DNA of 64,000 nucleotides from the human T2T-CHM13v2.0 reference genome, Homo sapiens: the NCBI RefSeq assembly GCF_009914755.1, contig NC_060928.1; one strand, given 5' to 3'. Positions 12,703 through 26,794 of this stretch are shown piece by piece. The translations under genes were made by a program, and so were the position numbers. Position 1 is the stretch's first letter. Each line of letters starts with the position of its first letter. A model generated the notes under the pieces. It was given only the letters and a program-made list of their open reading frames with translations. It searched no databases and was not told the DNA's origin.

Positions 12703-15700
12703 GAGAGCCTGGAGATCATGGTTGACGAGAGGCAGGACTAACTTGCAGCTCCCACTTGGACGGGCAGAATAACATGTAGAGATTCGCATTGTGAACTTTT
12801 GCTCCAGAGTGACTGTAGGAACACATTAGGAAAACCAAGATAACCTGCAGATCCTCTAAAGGAAGCGGATTACTCCTACAGGACCCGGGAGATGCCTGAA
12901 ATATTGTAAGTACCCAAACTTTGAAAGTGAGAAAGGGAGATCTCCACCCCTGAACATACAACCCTAATGGGGAACCTGAAGGTCTAATTACATAAGGAGA
13001 AGATTCTGACCTTACCTAGAATTGAGTCAATTTAGAGAGCTGAGCAAAATACGGAGGTAGTGGACGCAACAGGAAAATCCCTGTGGGCTCACTGGGTCCC
13101 CTAGCAAACCATTCCTGCCTCACCTCACAGGGTCCTTCAAGAGGGTTGCCGGAGGCACTGGGAAAAGGCCACAGGGAGAAGGAAACCTCCAGCTAAACTT
13201 TGTAACAATTTGAACCACTCAAGAAGTCTCCTGGCCAGAACTTGGGAGAGAAAATGAATCCAGTGTGCAGACTCCACAGGTGGGGACAGAAGGAAAGCCC
13301 CAGGTGGGTAGCCTGGGAAAAGTTCTCAGCCCTGCTCACCCACTGCCTGGAAACAGTCTGGGTGCTTCTGATGGAGGCATGGTTGGGAATGAGACTGGCC
13401 CTTTGGGTTGCATGGGATCTGGGTGAGGCCTGTGACTGCCAGCTTTCCCCCATTTCCCTGACAACCTGCATTACACAGCAGAGACAGCCATAATCCTCCT
13501 AGGAACATAACTCCTTTGACGTGGGAACCTCACCCCCATTTCCCACAGCAGCCGCAGGAAGACCCACCCAAGTGGAGTCTGAGCTCAGGCTGCCTAGCCC
13601 TGCCCTCACGTAATGGTCGTTCCCTAACCACCCTGGTAACTGAAGACAAAGGGCATATATTCTTGGGAGTTATAGGGCCCTGCCCACCACCTCTTCCTCC
13701 CCATACTACCACAGCTGATACTCTTTTGAAAGTGCCACCTCCTAGCAGGAGGCCAACTAGCACAAAAATAGTACACTAATTAACCAAAGCTAAGGACCCT
13801 CACATAGTCCCTTTCACCCCCCTGCCACCATCTCCAGAGCAGGTGCTGGTATCCACATTTGAGAGACCTACAGATGGTTCATATCAAAGGACTCTGTGCA
13901 GACAGTCCCCAGTACCAACCCGGTGTCTGGTAGACTTGCTGGGTGGCTAGACCCAGAAGAGAGATAACAATCACTACAGCTCAGCTCTCAGGAAGCCACA
14001 TCCCCAGGAAAAGGGGGAGAGTACTACATCAAGGAAACACCCCATGGGACAAAAGGAACTGAACTACAGCCTTGAGCCCTAGACTGTACCTCTGATAGAA
14101 CCTATCCAAATGAGAAGGAACCAGAAAACCAACTCTTGTAATATGACAAAACAAGGTTCTTTAAAACCTCCAAAATATCACACTAGCTCACCAGCAATTG
14201 ATCCAAACCAAGAAGAAATCCCTGATCTACCTGAAAAAGAATTCAGAAGGTTAGTTATTAAGCTAATCAGGGAGGCGCCAGAGAAAGGCAAAGCTCAATG
14301 TAAGGAAATAAAAAAAAACAATATGATACAAGAAATGAAGGGAGAAATATTCAATGAAATAATAGCATAAATAAAAAACAATAAAAACTTCAGGAAACAG
14401 TAGGCACAGTTACAGAAATGGAAAATGCTCTGGAAAGTCTCAGCAATAGAATCAAACAAGCAGAAGAAAGAACTTCAGAGCATGAAGATAAGGTTTTTGA
14501 GTTAACCAAATGCAACAAGGAGAAAGAAAAATGAATAAGAAAATGTGAACAAAGCCTCCAAGAAGTCTGGGATTATGTTAAATGACCAAACCTAAGAATA
14601 ATCTGCATTCTAAGGAAGAAGAGAAATCTAAAAGTGTGGAAAATATATTTGAGGGAATAATTGAGGAAACCTTTTCCAGCCTTGCTAGAGAAGTAGTCAT
14701 CCAAATACAAGAAGCTCAAAGAACACCTGGAAAATTCGTCACAAAAGGATTGTCACCTAGGCACATTGTTGTCAGGTTTTCTAAAGTTAAGATGAAGGAA
14801 TCTTAACAGCTGTGAGGCAAAAGCACCAAGTAACTTGTAAAGGAAATCCTACCTGATTAATAACAGATTTCTCAGCAGAAACCCCACAAGCTAGAAGAGG
14901 CTGGGGCTCAATCTTCAGCCTCCTCAAACAAAACAATTATCAGCCAAGAATTTTGTTTCCCGTAAAATAAGTATCATATATGAGGACACATACACCTTTT
15001 TCAGACAAACAAATGCTGGGAGAATTTGCCACTACCAAGCCAGCACTACAAGGACTCCTAAAAGCTCTAAATCTTGAAACAAATCCTGGAAACACACCAA
15101 AAGACAACCTCTTTCAAGCATAAATCTCACAGAACATATAAAAGAAAAATACAATTTAAAAAACAAACAAAAAAACAAGGTATACAGGCAAAAACAGCAT
15201 GATGAATAAATTGCTACCTCACATCTCAATACTAATGTTGAATGTAAATGGCCTAAATGGTCCACTTAAAAGATACAGAATTGCAGAATGGATAAGAATT
15301 TACCAACCAATTATCTGCTGCTTTCAAGAGACACACCTAATACATAATGACTCAAATACACTTAAAAGGCAAAGTGATGGAAAAAGAAATTCCATGCAAA
15401 TGGACAACAAAAGTGAGCAGGAGTAGCTATTCTTATATCAGACAAAACAAACTTTAAAGCAACAGCAGTTAAAAAAGACAAAGAGGGCCATTATATAATG
15501 GTAAAAGGCCCTGTCCAACAGGAAAATATCACAATTCTAAATAGATATGCATCTAACTCTGGAGCTCCAAAATTTATAAAACAATTACGAATGGACCTAA
15601 GAAATGAGATAGACAGCAACATAAAAATAGTGGGGAATATCAATACTTCACCGACAGCACTAAACATGTCATCAAGACAGAAAGTCAAAACAGAAAGAAT

Positions 15701-18476
15701 GGATTTAAATTATGCCCTGGAACAAATGGACTTGACAGATATTTTCAGAATATTCTACCCAAAAACCACAGAATATGCATTCCATTCAACAGCACATGTA
15801 ACTGTCTTCAAGATAGTCCATATGATAGTTCACAAATCAAGTCTCAATAAATTCAAGAAAATTGAAATTCTATCAGGCACTCTCTCAAACCACAGTGGGA
15901 TAAAACTGGAAATCAACTCCAAAAAGAACCTTCAGAACCATGCAAATACATAGAAATTAAATAACCTGCTCTTGAATAATCATTGCATCAAAAATGAAAT
16001 CAAAATGGAAATTTAAAAATTATTCAAACTGAAAGACAATAGTGACACAACCTATCAAAATTTCTGGCATACAGCAAAGGCAGTGCTAAGAGGAAATTTC
16101 ATAGACCTAAACACCTATATCAAAAAGATGGAAAGAGCACAAACAGATAATCTAAGGTCAAACCTCAAGGAACTAAAGAAACAAGAACAAACAAAACCCA
16201 AAGTCAACAGGAGGAAGGAAATAAGCATGATCAGAGCAAAACTAAATGGAATTGGGAAAAAAAATATAAAAGATATGGAAAAAACCTGGTTCTTTGAAAA
16301 GATGAATAAAATTGATAGACCATTAGCAAGATTAACCAAGAAAAAAAAAAAGAGAAAATACAAATAAGCTCAATTAGAAACTTAATGGTAGATATTACAA
16401 CTGACACCACAGAAATACAAAAGATCATTCAAGGCTACTATGAACAGCTTTATGCACATAAACTAGAAAACCTAGAAGAGATGGATAAATTCCTGGAAGG
16501 ATACAACCTTCCTTAACTTAAATCAGGAAGAATTAGATACTCTGAACAGACCGATAACAAGCAGTGACATTGAAATGGTAATAAAAAAATTACCAACAAA
16601 TAAAAGTCAAGGACCAGTTGGATTCACAGCGGAATTCTACCAGAAATTCAAAGAAGTATTGGTACCAACTCTATTGACACTATTCCACAAGATAGAGAAA
16701 GAGGGAACCCTCCTTAAATCATTCTATGAAGCCAGTATTATCCAATACAAAAACCAGGAAAGGACATAACCAAAAAAGAAAACTATAGACCAATATCTCT
16801 GATGAATATAGATGCTAAAATTGTTAACAAAATTCTAGCTAACCAAATCCAACAACATATCCAAAGGTAAGCCACCATGATCAAGTGGGTTTCATACCAG
16901 GGATGCAGGGATAGTTTAACATACACAAGTCAATTAATGTGATACATCACATACACAGAATCAAAAACAAAAATCACATGATCATCTCAATAGATGCAGA
17001 AAAAGCACCTTACAAAATCCAGCATCCCCTTATGATTAAAACTCTCAGCAAAATTAGCATACAAGGGACATAAATCAATGTAATGTAAGTCATCTTAGAC
17101 AAGCCCACAGCCAACATAATACTGCATGGGGAAAAGTTAAAAGCATTCTCTCTAAAAACTGGAACAAGACAAAGATGCCCACTCTTACCTCTCCTCCAAA
17201 TTGGTAAGGAGAAAGTCAAACTGTCACTGTTTGCTGAAGATATGATTGTTTACCTAGAAAACCCTAAAGACTCCTCCAGAAAGCTCTAGAACTGATAAAA
17301 GAATTCAGCAAATTTTCCGGGCACAAAATTAATGTACACAAATCAGTAGCTCTTCTACACAACAACAGCGACCAGGTTGAGAATCAAGTGGAGAACTCAA
17401 CTCCTTTTACAACAGCTGAAAAAAAATAAAACTATTTAGGAATGTAACTAACCAAGGAGGTGGAAGACCTCTATAAGGAAAACTACAAAACACTGCAGAA
17501 AGAAATCACAGATGACACGAATGAATGGAAACACATCCCATACTCATGGACAGGTAGAAACAATATTGTGAAAATGACCATACTGCCAAAAACAACTTAC
17601 GAATTCAATGCAATTCCCATCAAAATACCACCATCATTTTACACAGAATTAGTAAAAAGCATTCTAAAGTTTATATAGAACAACAACAACAACATCAAAA
17701 AGCCCACATAGCTAAAGCAAGACTAACTAAAAGGAACAAATCTGTAGGCATCACATTACCTGATTTCAAACTATACTATAAGGCCATAGTCACCAAAACA
17801 GCATGGCACTGGCATAAAAACAGGCACATAGACCAATGGAACAGAATAAAGAAGCCAGAAATAAACCCAAATACTTACAACCAACTGATCTTTGACAAAG
17901 AAAACAAAAACATAAAGTGGGGAAAGGAAAACTCATTCAACAAATGGTGGTGGGATAATTGGCAAGCCACATGTAGGAGAATGAAACTGGATCCTCATCT
18001 CTCACTTTATACAAAATCAACTCAAAATGGGTCAAGTACTTAAATCTAAGACCCAAAACTATAAAAATTGTAGAAGATAACATTGGAAATCCTCTTCTAG
18101 ATATTGGCTTAGGCAAGGATTTCATGACCAAGAACCCAAAAGCAAATGCGATAAAAGCAAAGATAAATAGCTGAGACTTAATTAAACTAACGTGCTTTTG
18201 TACAGCAAAAGGAGCAGTCAGCAGAGTAAATAGGCAACCCACAGAGTGGGAGAAAATCTTCACAATCTGTACATCTGAAAAAGGACTAATCCAGAATCTG
18301 CAACAAACTCAAACAAATCAGCAAGAAAAATAAACAAACAATCCCATCAAAAAGTGGGCTAAGAACACGAATGGACAATTCTCAAAAGAAGAAACACAAA
18401 TGACCAACAAACATGAAAAAATGCTTAACATCACTAATCATCAGGGAAATGCAAATCAAAACCACAATGCGATACT
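12703..18476 (+). mobile_element. Near full-length L1PB-type LINE-1 (5'UTR, disrupted ORF1 and ORF2, 3' end missing)
   Basis: L1PB 5'UTR start gaggcaggactaacttgcagctcccac; ORF1 MRRNQKTNSCNMTKQGSL...; ORF2 endonuclease HISILMLNVNGLN, MVKGPVQQENITILN; many stops and frameshifts. Confidence 0.92.
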
Positions 18477-19840
18477 AAGTACTAATGAAATTATTCATAG
18501 AAATAGGAAAATTTCTACAATTTGTAGAAAACCACAAAAGAATCCAAATATCCAAAGCAATACTAAGAAAAAAGAATATAACTGGAGACATCAAACTATC
18601 TCACTTCAAAATATACTATTAGATTAGTGCAAAAGTAATTGCATTTTTTGCCATTAAAAGTAATAATAAAAACCACAGTTACCTTTGCACCAACCTAATA
18701 AAAAGCTACAGTAAACAAAACAGCATATTGTTATAAAAACATACCCATAGACCAATGGAGTAGAATTGATAACATAGAAATAAATCCACTTATTTATAGC
18801 CAACTGATTTTTGATAAAGACATCAAAAACATACTTTGTGGAAAGGACAGCCTCTTAAATAAATGGTTTTGTGAAAACTGGATATCTATATGCAGAAGAA
18901 TAAAACTAGACTTCTCTCTCTCACCATATAAAAATAAAAACCCAAATGGACTTACAGGCTTAAAGATAAAACCCAAAACTATAAAACTACTAGAATAAAA
19001 CATAGGGGAAATATTTCAGGACATTGGTCTAGGCAAAGATTTTATGTTAGACTAAAAGTATATACAACAAAAGCAAAAATAGACAAATTGGACTATATAA
19101 AAATAAAAAGCCTCTGCACAGCAAGGGACCTATCAACAGAATAAAGAGCAACCCATAGAATGGAAAAATATTTGCAAATTATTTGTCCAACATGGGACTA
19201 ACATTCAGAATGGACGAGAAACCCAAACAATTTAATAGTGAAAAAGCAACAACAAAACAAATCTGTTTAAAAAACAGGCCAAGAATTGGAGTAGACATTT
19301 CTCAAAAGAAGACATACAAATAACAGACAAATGTATGAAAACATGCTCAACATCACTAATTATCAGAGAAATGTAAATCAAAACCACAATGAGATATGAT
19401 ATCACTCTAGTTAGAATAGTTGTTAACAAAAATAACAAATGCTGGCAAGGATGCAGAGAAAAGGGAAATCTTACACACTGTTGCTGTGAATGTAAATTAG
19501 TAGAGCTATAATGGAAATAATGTAAAGATTCCTCAAAACCTAAAACTAGAGCTATCATGTGATCCAGCAATTTTACTTCCCGGTATATATCCAAAGGAAA
19601 AGAAATCAGTATATTGAAGAGATATCTGCACCTCTATATTTATTGTAGCATTATTCCCAGTGGTCAAGGTGTGGAATCAGTATAAGTGCCCATCAATGGA
19701 TAAATGGATAAAGAAAATGTGGAATATTATTCAGGCATGAAAAATAATGAAATCCTATCATTTATGGAAACATGGATGACCCTGGAGGACATTATGTTAA
19801 GTGAAATAAGCCAAACAGAGAAAGATAAAATGAATATGGT
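18477..19840 (+). mobile_element. L1MA ORF2 3' region and start of 3'UTR
   Basis: Repeats the ORF2 C-terminal region (gaccaatggagtagaat...ggacattatgttaagtgaaataagcc) with older-subfamily sequence. Confidence 0.85.
18619..18698. mobile_element. MADE1 (Hsmar1 mariner MITE)
   Basis: 80-bp palindromic ttagattagtgcaaaagtaattgc...ttacctttgcaccaacctaa with TA TSD. Confidence 0.92.
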
Positions 19841-20501
19841 ATTTTTGATAGCTTTGTTTAGAAAAGCAATTTTTGGGGAATATGTTATCACATTTTTAAA
19901 TTAAACTGAAGTAAAAATGTTTGTAGTTATTCAATATTTCCAATTTTATTAATTTTATTTTTAAAAACAAAAAATAAATAGTACTTTCCTATTACAGTTG
20001 AATACTGGAGATGTTGGAAAGAACTAAATCACAAGCTTTAAAAATCATAACATTTTTAGCTTTTTCACAATGTCAAATATACTTTTGAAACTGTGTTTAT
20101 TTTCATGTAAGTTCATTTTGATATTTTTTGGTAAAGGTCTATCTTGTGATGAACAATGGCAAATAACATTCTTAAAACTTACGAGATTAGAGCAAAGGAT
20201 GGTTAACAAAAATAAATCAGGAAAATAATATTACCAATAGAGATCTGCGGTAACCTCTGAGAATATGAAGCTTATCCAAATTTTGTACCCAAAAAAGAGA
20301 TACATGTATTTCAAATAGATAAGAAGTGATGGTGTGGCTGCCACAACAGGAATAAAGACTCATGTAAGCTGTAAACATTCCTGGTTCTGGGTCTTTCTAC
20401 ACTCTAACCCCGTACCTGCCAACAAACAAACAAACCAAAAATCCACACTGAAAGAAGAGTACAAAGAAACATCAAACAGAACAGAATTTCTTCCAGTTCC
20501 C

Positions 20502-20996
20502 TGTGGTAACTACTCTCTCACCATGACCTCCAACAATTTCCTCCCACTGTGTCCATATATACATTTCTCACAGCAACAGGTGGACATTATTTCATCTGCT
20601 CTTGAATCTGTGCAGGCCTTATGATTGGTCTTGATAATGAAATGTGTCACAGTATGGGACTTTCCATTGTAGCCTTAAAAGGACTGCCAGTTTTCACTTC
20701 ATGCCTCTTAGAACTCAGTCATCAATCTGGGAGAAGCTCAAACCACATATAGAGGCCAAGCAGTTAAGGACAGAGGTGTTTCATTTGACAGCCCCAGTTG
20801 AGACTCCATCTAACTGTCTGCACCAACAACTAGCTGCGTAAATGAGCCATTTATGGACATTCCAGGAAGCCAAGTTGCTTAGTTTACTATGGCACACAAA
20901 ATCCTCACAGAATCATGAAAAATAATAAAATTGCTACTCTTTAATCCACTAACTTCTGTATTTGTAAAATATATACAGTAATAGTTAACTGAGAAA
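20502..20996 (+). mobile_element. MLT1 (G/H-like) MaLR LTR
   Basis: cttgaatctgtgcaggcctt...cacagaatcatgaaaaataataaaattg...agtaatagttaactga. Confidence 0.65.
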
Positions 20997-21735
20997 ATCT
21001 TCTAGACCCACCTCCTATCAGAATTCATGAGTTTCAACTCTGAGAATCGTCAATCTTAAAATTTGATTGACCTTCTTTAGTATTCCCACAATCTAACTGA
21101 AGACATTTGTGTAGTTAAATAAAAGAAATAGGATGCTATTTGAAAGCCACTGCGCAGGGAACTTGGCAAACAGTGATACATGACAATATTTCTCTCAATA
21201 TCTTTGTAGTGTTATGGAAAGTCCATTATTGTAAATACAGGATGTTTTATGCATATAATAAATTTGTATCTTGTAGAGAGTGCAGATGTTGAGAGAAGAA
21301 AATCTGAAGGGAGTTTTGAAAAACGATAAATGTTACAAAATTAAATAAAATTAAAATTAGCTTTACAAAGAGAAAAAGCCACAGATGTACTTGGTGACCT
21401 CCAAGGGGTTCCATATAGGGTCAATTTAAGAGGGAAGCGGTAAGAACGAAAACAGGAGAAGTAAGAATGAACCAGATTTTGAGGGGCATTGTAAACTCAA
21501 CTAATACATTTAGATCTTTTTATACAGGAATTAGCCATTTTCATGTTTCAAGTAGAGAGTTGTCATATTTGAGCCTGAGGAAAAAATTATTTTGTAAGAG
21601 CAATATTATTAAATTGATATATAGCCCTTCCACTTATGTTCATAAGAAAGTATCAGGGTCTGGAACTAGTTTTCTGACATAAATGCCTGGAAAACTTGAT
21701 AAAGTATGTGGGGAAAAAAAAAAAACATATATACT

Positions 21736-22240
<505 letters not shown>

Positions 22241-22249
22241 AGAACAATT

Positions 22250-22560
22250 TGCAGATATCAGGTAATAAGCAGCACTGGAATAGTATTTTCTAAAATAAGG
22301 AGTATACTGAATTGAGCTCTACCATTGCCAAGACTTTCTGCCTGGAGCCAATTTTCAGTACATGATATAGGGAAATAGAACCTGGCATGCTCACTGAATT
22401 AAAGAGACAGAAATTTGAGTTCAGGGAAGCTGAATTGACTAGAATTTACAGGGTACAATTCCAGAGAGGAGAGATCCAGGTAGAGAAGGAATTTCATAAT
22501 TTGCATAGGGTTCTATGTGAGTCTTTGGCTGTACGCCAACCTGCACATGCTTAGGCTAGA
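22250..22560 (+). mobile_element. Old L1 (L1MD/L1M4-like) 5'UTR fragment
   Basis: ctttctgcctggag...gagacagaaatttgagttcagggaagctga...taatttgcataggg...agtctttggctg. Confidence 0.45.
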
Positions 22561-22587
22561 AATCCATTTGACTGGACAAATACTTGC

Positions 22588-22745
22588 AAGAAAAAAGAAA
22601 GAAAAGGAAAGAAGTAACCAAAACAACAAAAATGAAAGAAAGGAAGGCAGAAAGGAAGGGAGGGTGGAAAAAAAGAAAGAAGAAAGAAAGGAAAGGAAAG
22701 AAGAAAGGTAAAGGGAAAGGAAAAAGGAAAGGGAAAGAAGAAAAC
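22588..22745 (+). repeat. GA-rich low-complexity tract
   Basis: (GAAA/GGAA)-like purine run. Confidence 0.9.
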
Positions 22746-22769
22746 CGTAAGACAATTCTCAGAGCATAG

Positions 22770-23260
22770 GCTTGGCTTAGAAACAGACACACAGACCAAT
22801 GGAACAGAATAGAGAACCCAGAAACAAATCCACACACCTACAGTGAAGTCATTTTTATATAAAAGTGCCAAAAATATACACTGGGGAAAAGATAATCTCT
22901 TCGATAAATGGTGCTGGGAAAACTATATCCATATAAGGAAGAATGAAAGTAGACCCCTATCTCTGGTCATATACAAAAATAAAATCAAAATGGATTAAAA
23001 ATTTAAATCGAAGTCCCCAAACCATGAAACTCCTATAAGAAAACTTTGAAGAAAATTTCCAGGACATTGGTCTGGGAAAAAATATCCCACAAGCACAGCA
23101 ACCAAAGCCAAAATAGACAAATGGTATCACATAAAGTTAAAAAGCTTCTGCCCAGAAAAGGAAGCAATCAACAAATTGAAGGGACAACACACAGAATAGA
23201 ATGAAAGAAAATATCTGCAAATTACCCATCTGACAAAGGATTAATAACCAGAGTGTATAA
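22770..23260 (+). mobile_element. L1MA ORF2 3' fragment
   Basis: gaccaatggaacagaatagagaacccagaaacaaatcc...catctgacaaaggattaataaccaga. Confidence 0.85.
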
Positions 23261-23379
23261 TATATATATTCAGGAAGAACCTGATATTTATTAAAGCTTT
23301 ACTACTGAAGGTCATTTTACATAGTTTGTATCAACTTCATTCATTCATTCACACATATGGAACTAAAGAGGGAAAGATA

Positions 23380-23750
23380 GAAGAAACACATGTTTTCACT
23401 TATATGAAGGAGTTAAAAAAAGTTGAGTTCTTAGAAGTAGAAAATAGAATTTTCATTATTAGAGGCTAGAAAATGTAGGGGGGAGGGAAGCATAGGAGAG
23501 AAGGATTAACGAATACAAAATGACAACTAGATAGGAGTATTCTATTCTATAGCACTGTAGGGTGAATATAGTTTAAAAATTTTATTACCTAATTTCCAAT
23601 AGCTAGAAAAGAAAATTTTTATTGTTTCCAACACAAAGAAATGACTATTTGGGGTACTGAGTATGATAATTACCCTGATTTGATCATAACACATTGTATA
23701 TATGTATCGATATATCACTCTGTATTCCACAAATACATGCAATTACCAAA
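23380..23750 (+). mobile_element. L1MA 3'UTR terminal fragment
   Basis: agaagtagaaaatagaat...ccaacacaaagaaatga...taattaccctgatttgatcat. Confidence 0.8.
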
Positions 23751-23811
23751 AATCAACTTGGAACTTTGTGGTAGAAACACAACTCTAAGAGACTGAGAAA
23801 TATAATTATAG

Positions 23812-24078
23812 CAGTGGTCCCCAACCTTGAGGAGTGTTCCACCTCAGATCATCAGGCATTAGATTCTCATAAGGAGCACACAACCTAGATCTCTTGCATG
23901 TGCAGCTCACAATAGGGTTCGCACTCCTATGAGAATCTAAAGACACTGCTGATTTGACAGGAGGTGGAGCTCAGGAGGTAATGCTCCCTTGCTGGTCACT
24001 CACCTCCTGCTGTGCTGCCCAGTTCCTAGCAGTTCGTGGACTGGTACTGGCCTGTGATCTGGAGGTTGGAGAGCCCTA
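23812..24078 (+). mobile_element. MER1B-like hAT-Charlie transposon
   Basis: cagtggtccccaacc...ccacctcagatcatcaggcattagattctcataaggagc; 8-bp TSD aattatag/aattacag. Confidence 0.88.
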
Positions 24079-26053
24079 AATTACAGGATCATAGAAAAAA
24101 TATTTGTTAATCAACAAGATTAACTTTTTTCTTTTGCTATATATTGAAATATTCATTTATATAATTCTGATTTTATGTAAAAAGACTTCTAAATGGAGTT
24201 AGTAGCTAAATCTCTTCAGTTAGTTTACTACTTGGTAACTAATTTATATTATTAATAAAGAATATCATTTCAAATGCTAGTGGAATGTTAATAACAGTTA
24301 CTAATTTTTAAACTTAATGATACCCTTTGACATACTACAGTAGCCCCATTCTACAGCCCTACAAAAATTAAGCAATTTTCCCCAAGCTCACAATGCTTGT
24401 AAGGGACGATCTTGAAATTTGAACCCAGATTTACTTTGATTCTAGAACCTAGGCGATCTCAATTATAATATTGTTCTATCTTAAATAATCTCAAAATAAA
24501 TAAAATTGAAGTATAAACAAGTAAAGGGATCATAAGTATACCATGTAGATGTAACACAAAATAACTGTTAAAAAGGTAAAACCATGAAATAGATGTTGAA
24601 GGAACAAAGTTAGTCCAGACAAAGAGATTGGATGCATCTGGGAAGAAAAATAGAGCTTAATAATGAGCACATTATCTTATGAAGCAGAAGTTCTGATTCC
24701 TGAGGTTCACCAGTTAGATAAAATTTAGGACAAATCAAAACATGACAAAAGGGTAAATTTCAAGAAAGCTTAGAGTTGAACCCAGGCACATCATTCTACA
24801 GATGAAAAAACAAAAAAGATCTCTGGAAGTTGAATGACTTCTCTATCTCCCAAAATATCTTCAGTAATTATGTACAGAGCCACTCGGCTCAGTTTATACA
24901 TCTGCAAAACAGTGGGGAAATGCTAACCCTGTTTAGGTTTCAAGCCAACCCTTAACATATGTTTTAAAAACAATTTATGTGTCCTCTAGAGTACACTTAC
25001 CACACTGTAAAATTATAGTTTCTTTTACTGAGGAGAAGTTATTTCTCTCGTAGCACAGGAGAGAAAATGTTTCTTCTAAATAGAGACCATAGAAATAGAA
25101 AAATTTCCCCTTTTTAGTTAAATGTGTGAATGAAAGAATGAGGTTGATGTAAAGTATGTAAAATGACCTTCAGTAGCAAAGCTTTAATAAATATCAGGTT
25201 CTTCCTATGAATCTAAGAAATATGGTAAAGACTTCAGTTGTTCCATTTCCCTTCAAAAGCATGAAAGTTCTTATATCTGGTAGAAGACCCTGTGAATGTA
25301 AGAAATGTGGTAAAGCCTTCAGTTTTTCTGTTTCCCTGGAAAACATGGAAAGAGCCAGTGGAGAAAAGTCTTATGAATGCAAACATGTGGTAAGGCCTTT
25401 AGTTGTTTCAGTTCCATTTGAAGACGTGAAATAACTAATTTCTGAGAAAAGCCCTATTAATATTGGAGTGTGGGAATACCTTCATCTCTCTGATATTCAT
25501 TCAAAGATACATGATAAGCCACACTGGAGATGGACTTTATAAATATAAACACACTCAGTTAAAACCCCAGTAGAGTGAAAAATACAGGAAAATTTTCGAT
25601 TATAGCAATGAATTCAAAAGTCGTTGTGCCAATCCACTGGTAAGGAATTCTATAAATATATGTAAATTGGAAAGCTTGATGCCAATTAATTATTGTATAA
25701 TACTAAAAAAATGCACATAAATGAAATGTTATACTAGTTATAAATAAATTCTATTTATGAGTGGTTCATTGTTAAAGAGAGACTCTATATTTTGATTTTC
25801 ATTTGTTTTGCACAAAATCATGAGGTGAGAATTTGGTAGATTTTCTATAAGCCACGGTATACAGAGTTTAGTAGGTAGAGATTTTTCCTTAAGTCAGTTA
25901 ACAAAAGTCTTCTCTATTCATTTAAAAGTGTATTGGATCTCTAGGTGAATTGAAATGTATTTCTAATATGTAGGTAATTTTCATTTTTCTGTAGTTGTTT
26001 GATTGTTCTGTGATTGATGGGCAATTGAAAAATGAGATTTTGTTCATTGTTGG

Positions 26054-26786
26054 TGAGAGGAGGTTCCAGTTGGGCTTCCTGGGTCGAGTAGGGGCTCAGA
26101 AAGCTGTGAAGCTCACTCATTTCCTGCATCAGGACTTACTTTGATCCTGGATGAATAATATTGAAGATATATGCTTAAAATATTCCTAATAGCAGGATTT
26201 GTGCATGTATTTTCTTCCCCAAGAAAGCTATAAACAGCGAAAACTTTGCTGTAAGCATCCCTGTATCCTTCTCTCCCTCTCTCCCTTCCCTCTCCCTTTC
26301 TCCCTTCCCTCTCCCTCAAAACTAAAGTTTAAAGTAATGTTAACTGCCCATTTTCCTGTGACCAGCAGACCTTATGTGTCCTCCCAATTCCAATTCCTTG
26401 TAAACATACTTTGTAAAGTCCTGTAAGATCCTGTCTCTTCTGCCATGCCACTGCAAGGTCATAAAGTGGATAAAACCTAAGATGCAATTCCGGCTTTCCT
26501 CAAGATCTAAGACATGTCACAAATGGTTAATTGCCTTTGTTTCTCTCTCTGGTAACATCTTCTCGCCACACATATTTCCCGCCTTAAAGAGTTTAAAAGG
26601 CAATCACATAATCCAACTCTGGCTACCATTCGGGACCCATTCCACGCTGTGGAAGCTTTGGACTTTCATTCTGCTCAATAAAGCCTACAGCTTTTTCTCT
26701 CTCTCGGTCCATGTCTCTATCACTTGCCACGGTCAGCCACCACACCAATTCTTTGGCGTGGCTACGCAAGAACCTTAGGCGTTACA
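26054..26786 (+). mobile_element. LTR30 (HERV30, ERV1) solo LTR
   Basis: tgagaggaggttccagttgggcttcctgggtcgagtaggggctcagaaagctgtg...aggcgttaca; 4-bp TSD ttgg/tcgg; AATAAA near the 3' end. Confidence 0.85.
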
Positions 26787-26794
26787 TCGGAATG

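Noticed and set aside
14110-17678. L1 ORF1/ORF2 ORFs as functional genes
   Set aside because: Fragmented by many stops, frameshifts and a deletion; dead L1PB.
22513-22871. Lys/Arg- and Phe/Leu-rich ORFs
   Set aside because: Translations of a GA-rich low-complexity tract.
25207-25434. ZNF-like ORF as a coding exon
   Set aside because: Fingers lack the His residues and are frameshifted; retrocopy hallmarks are present.
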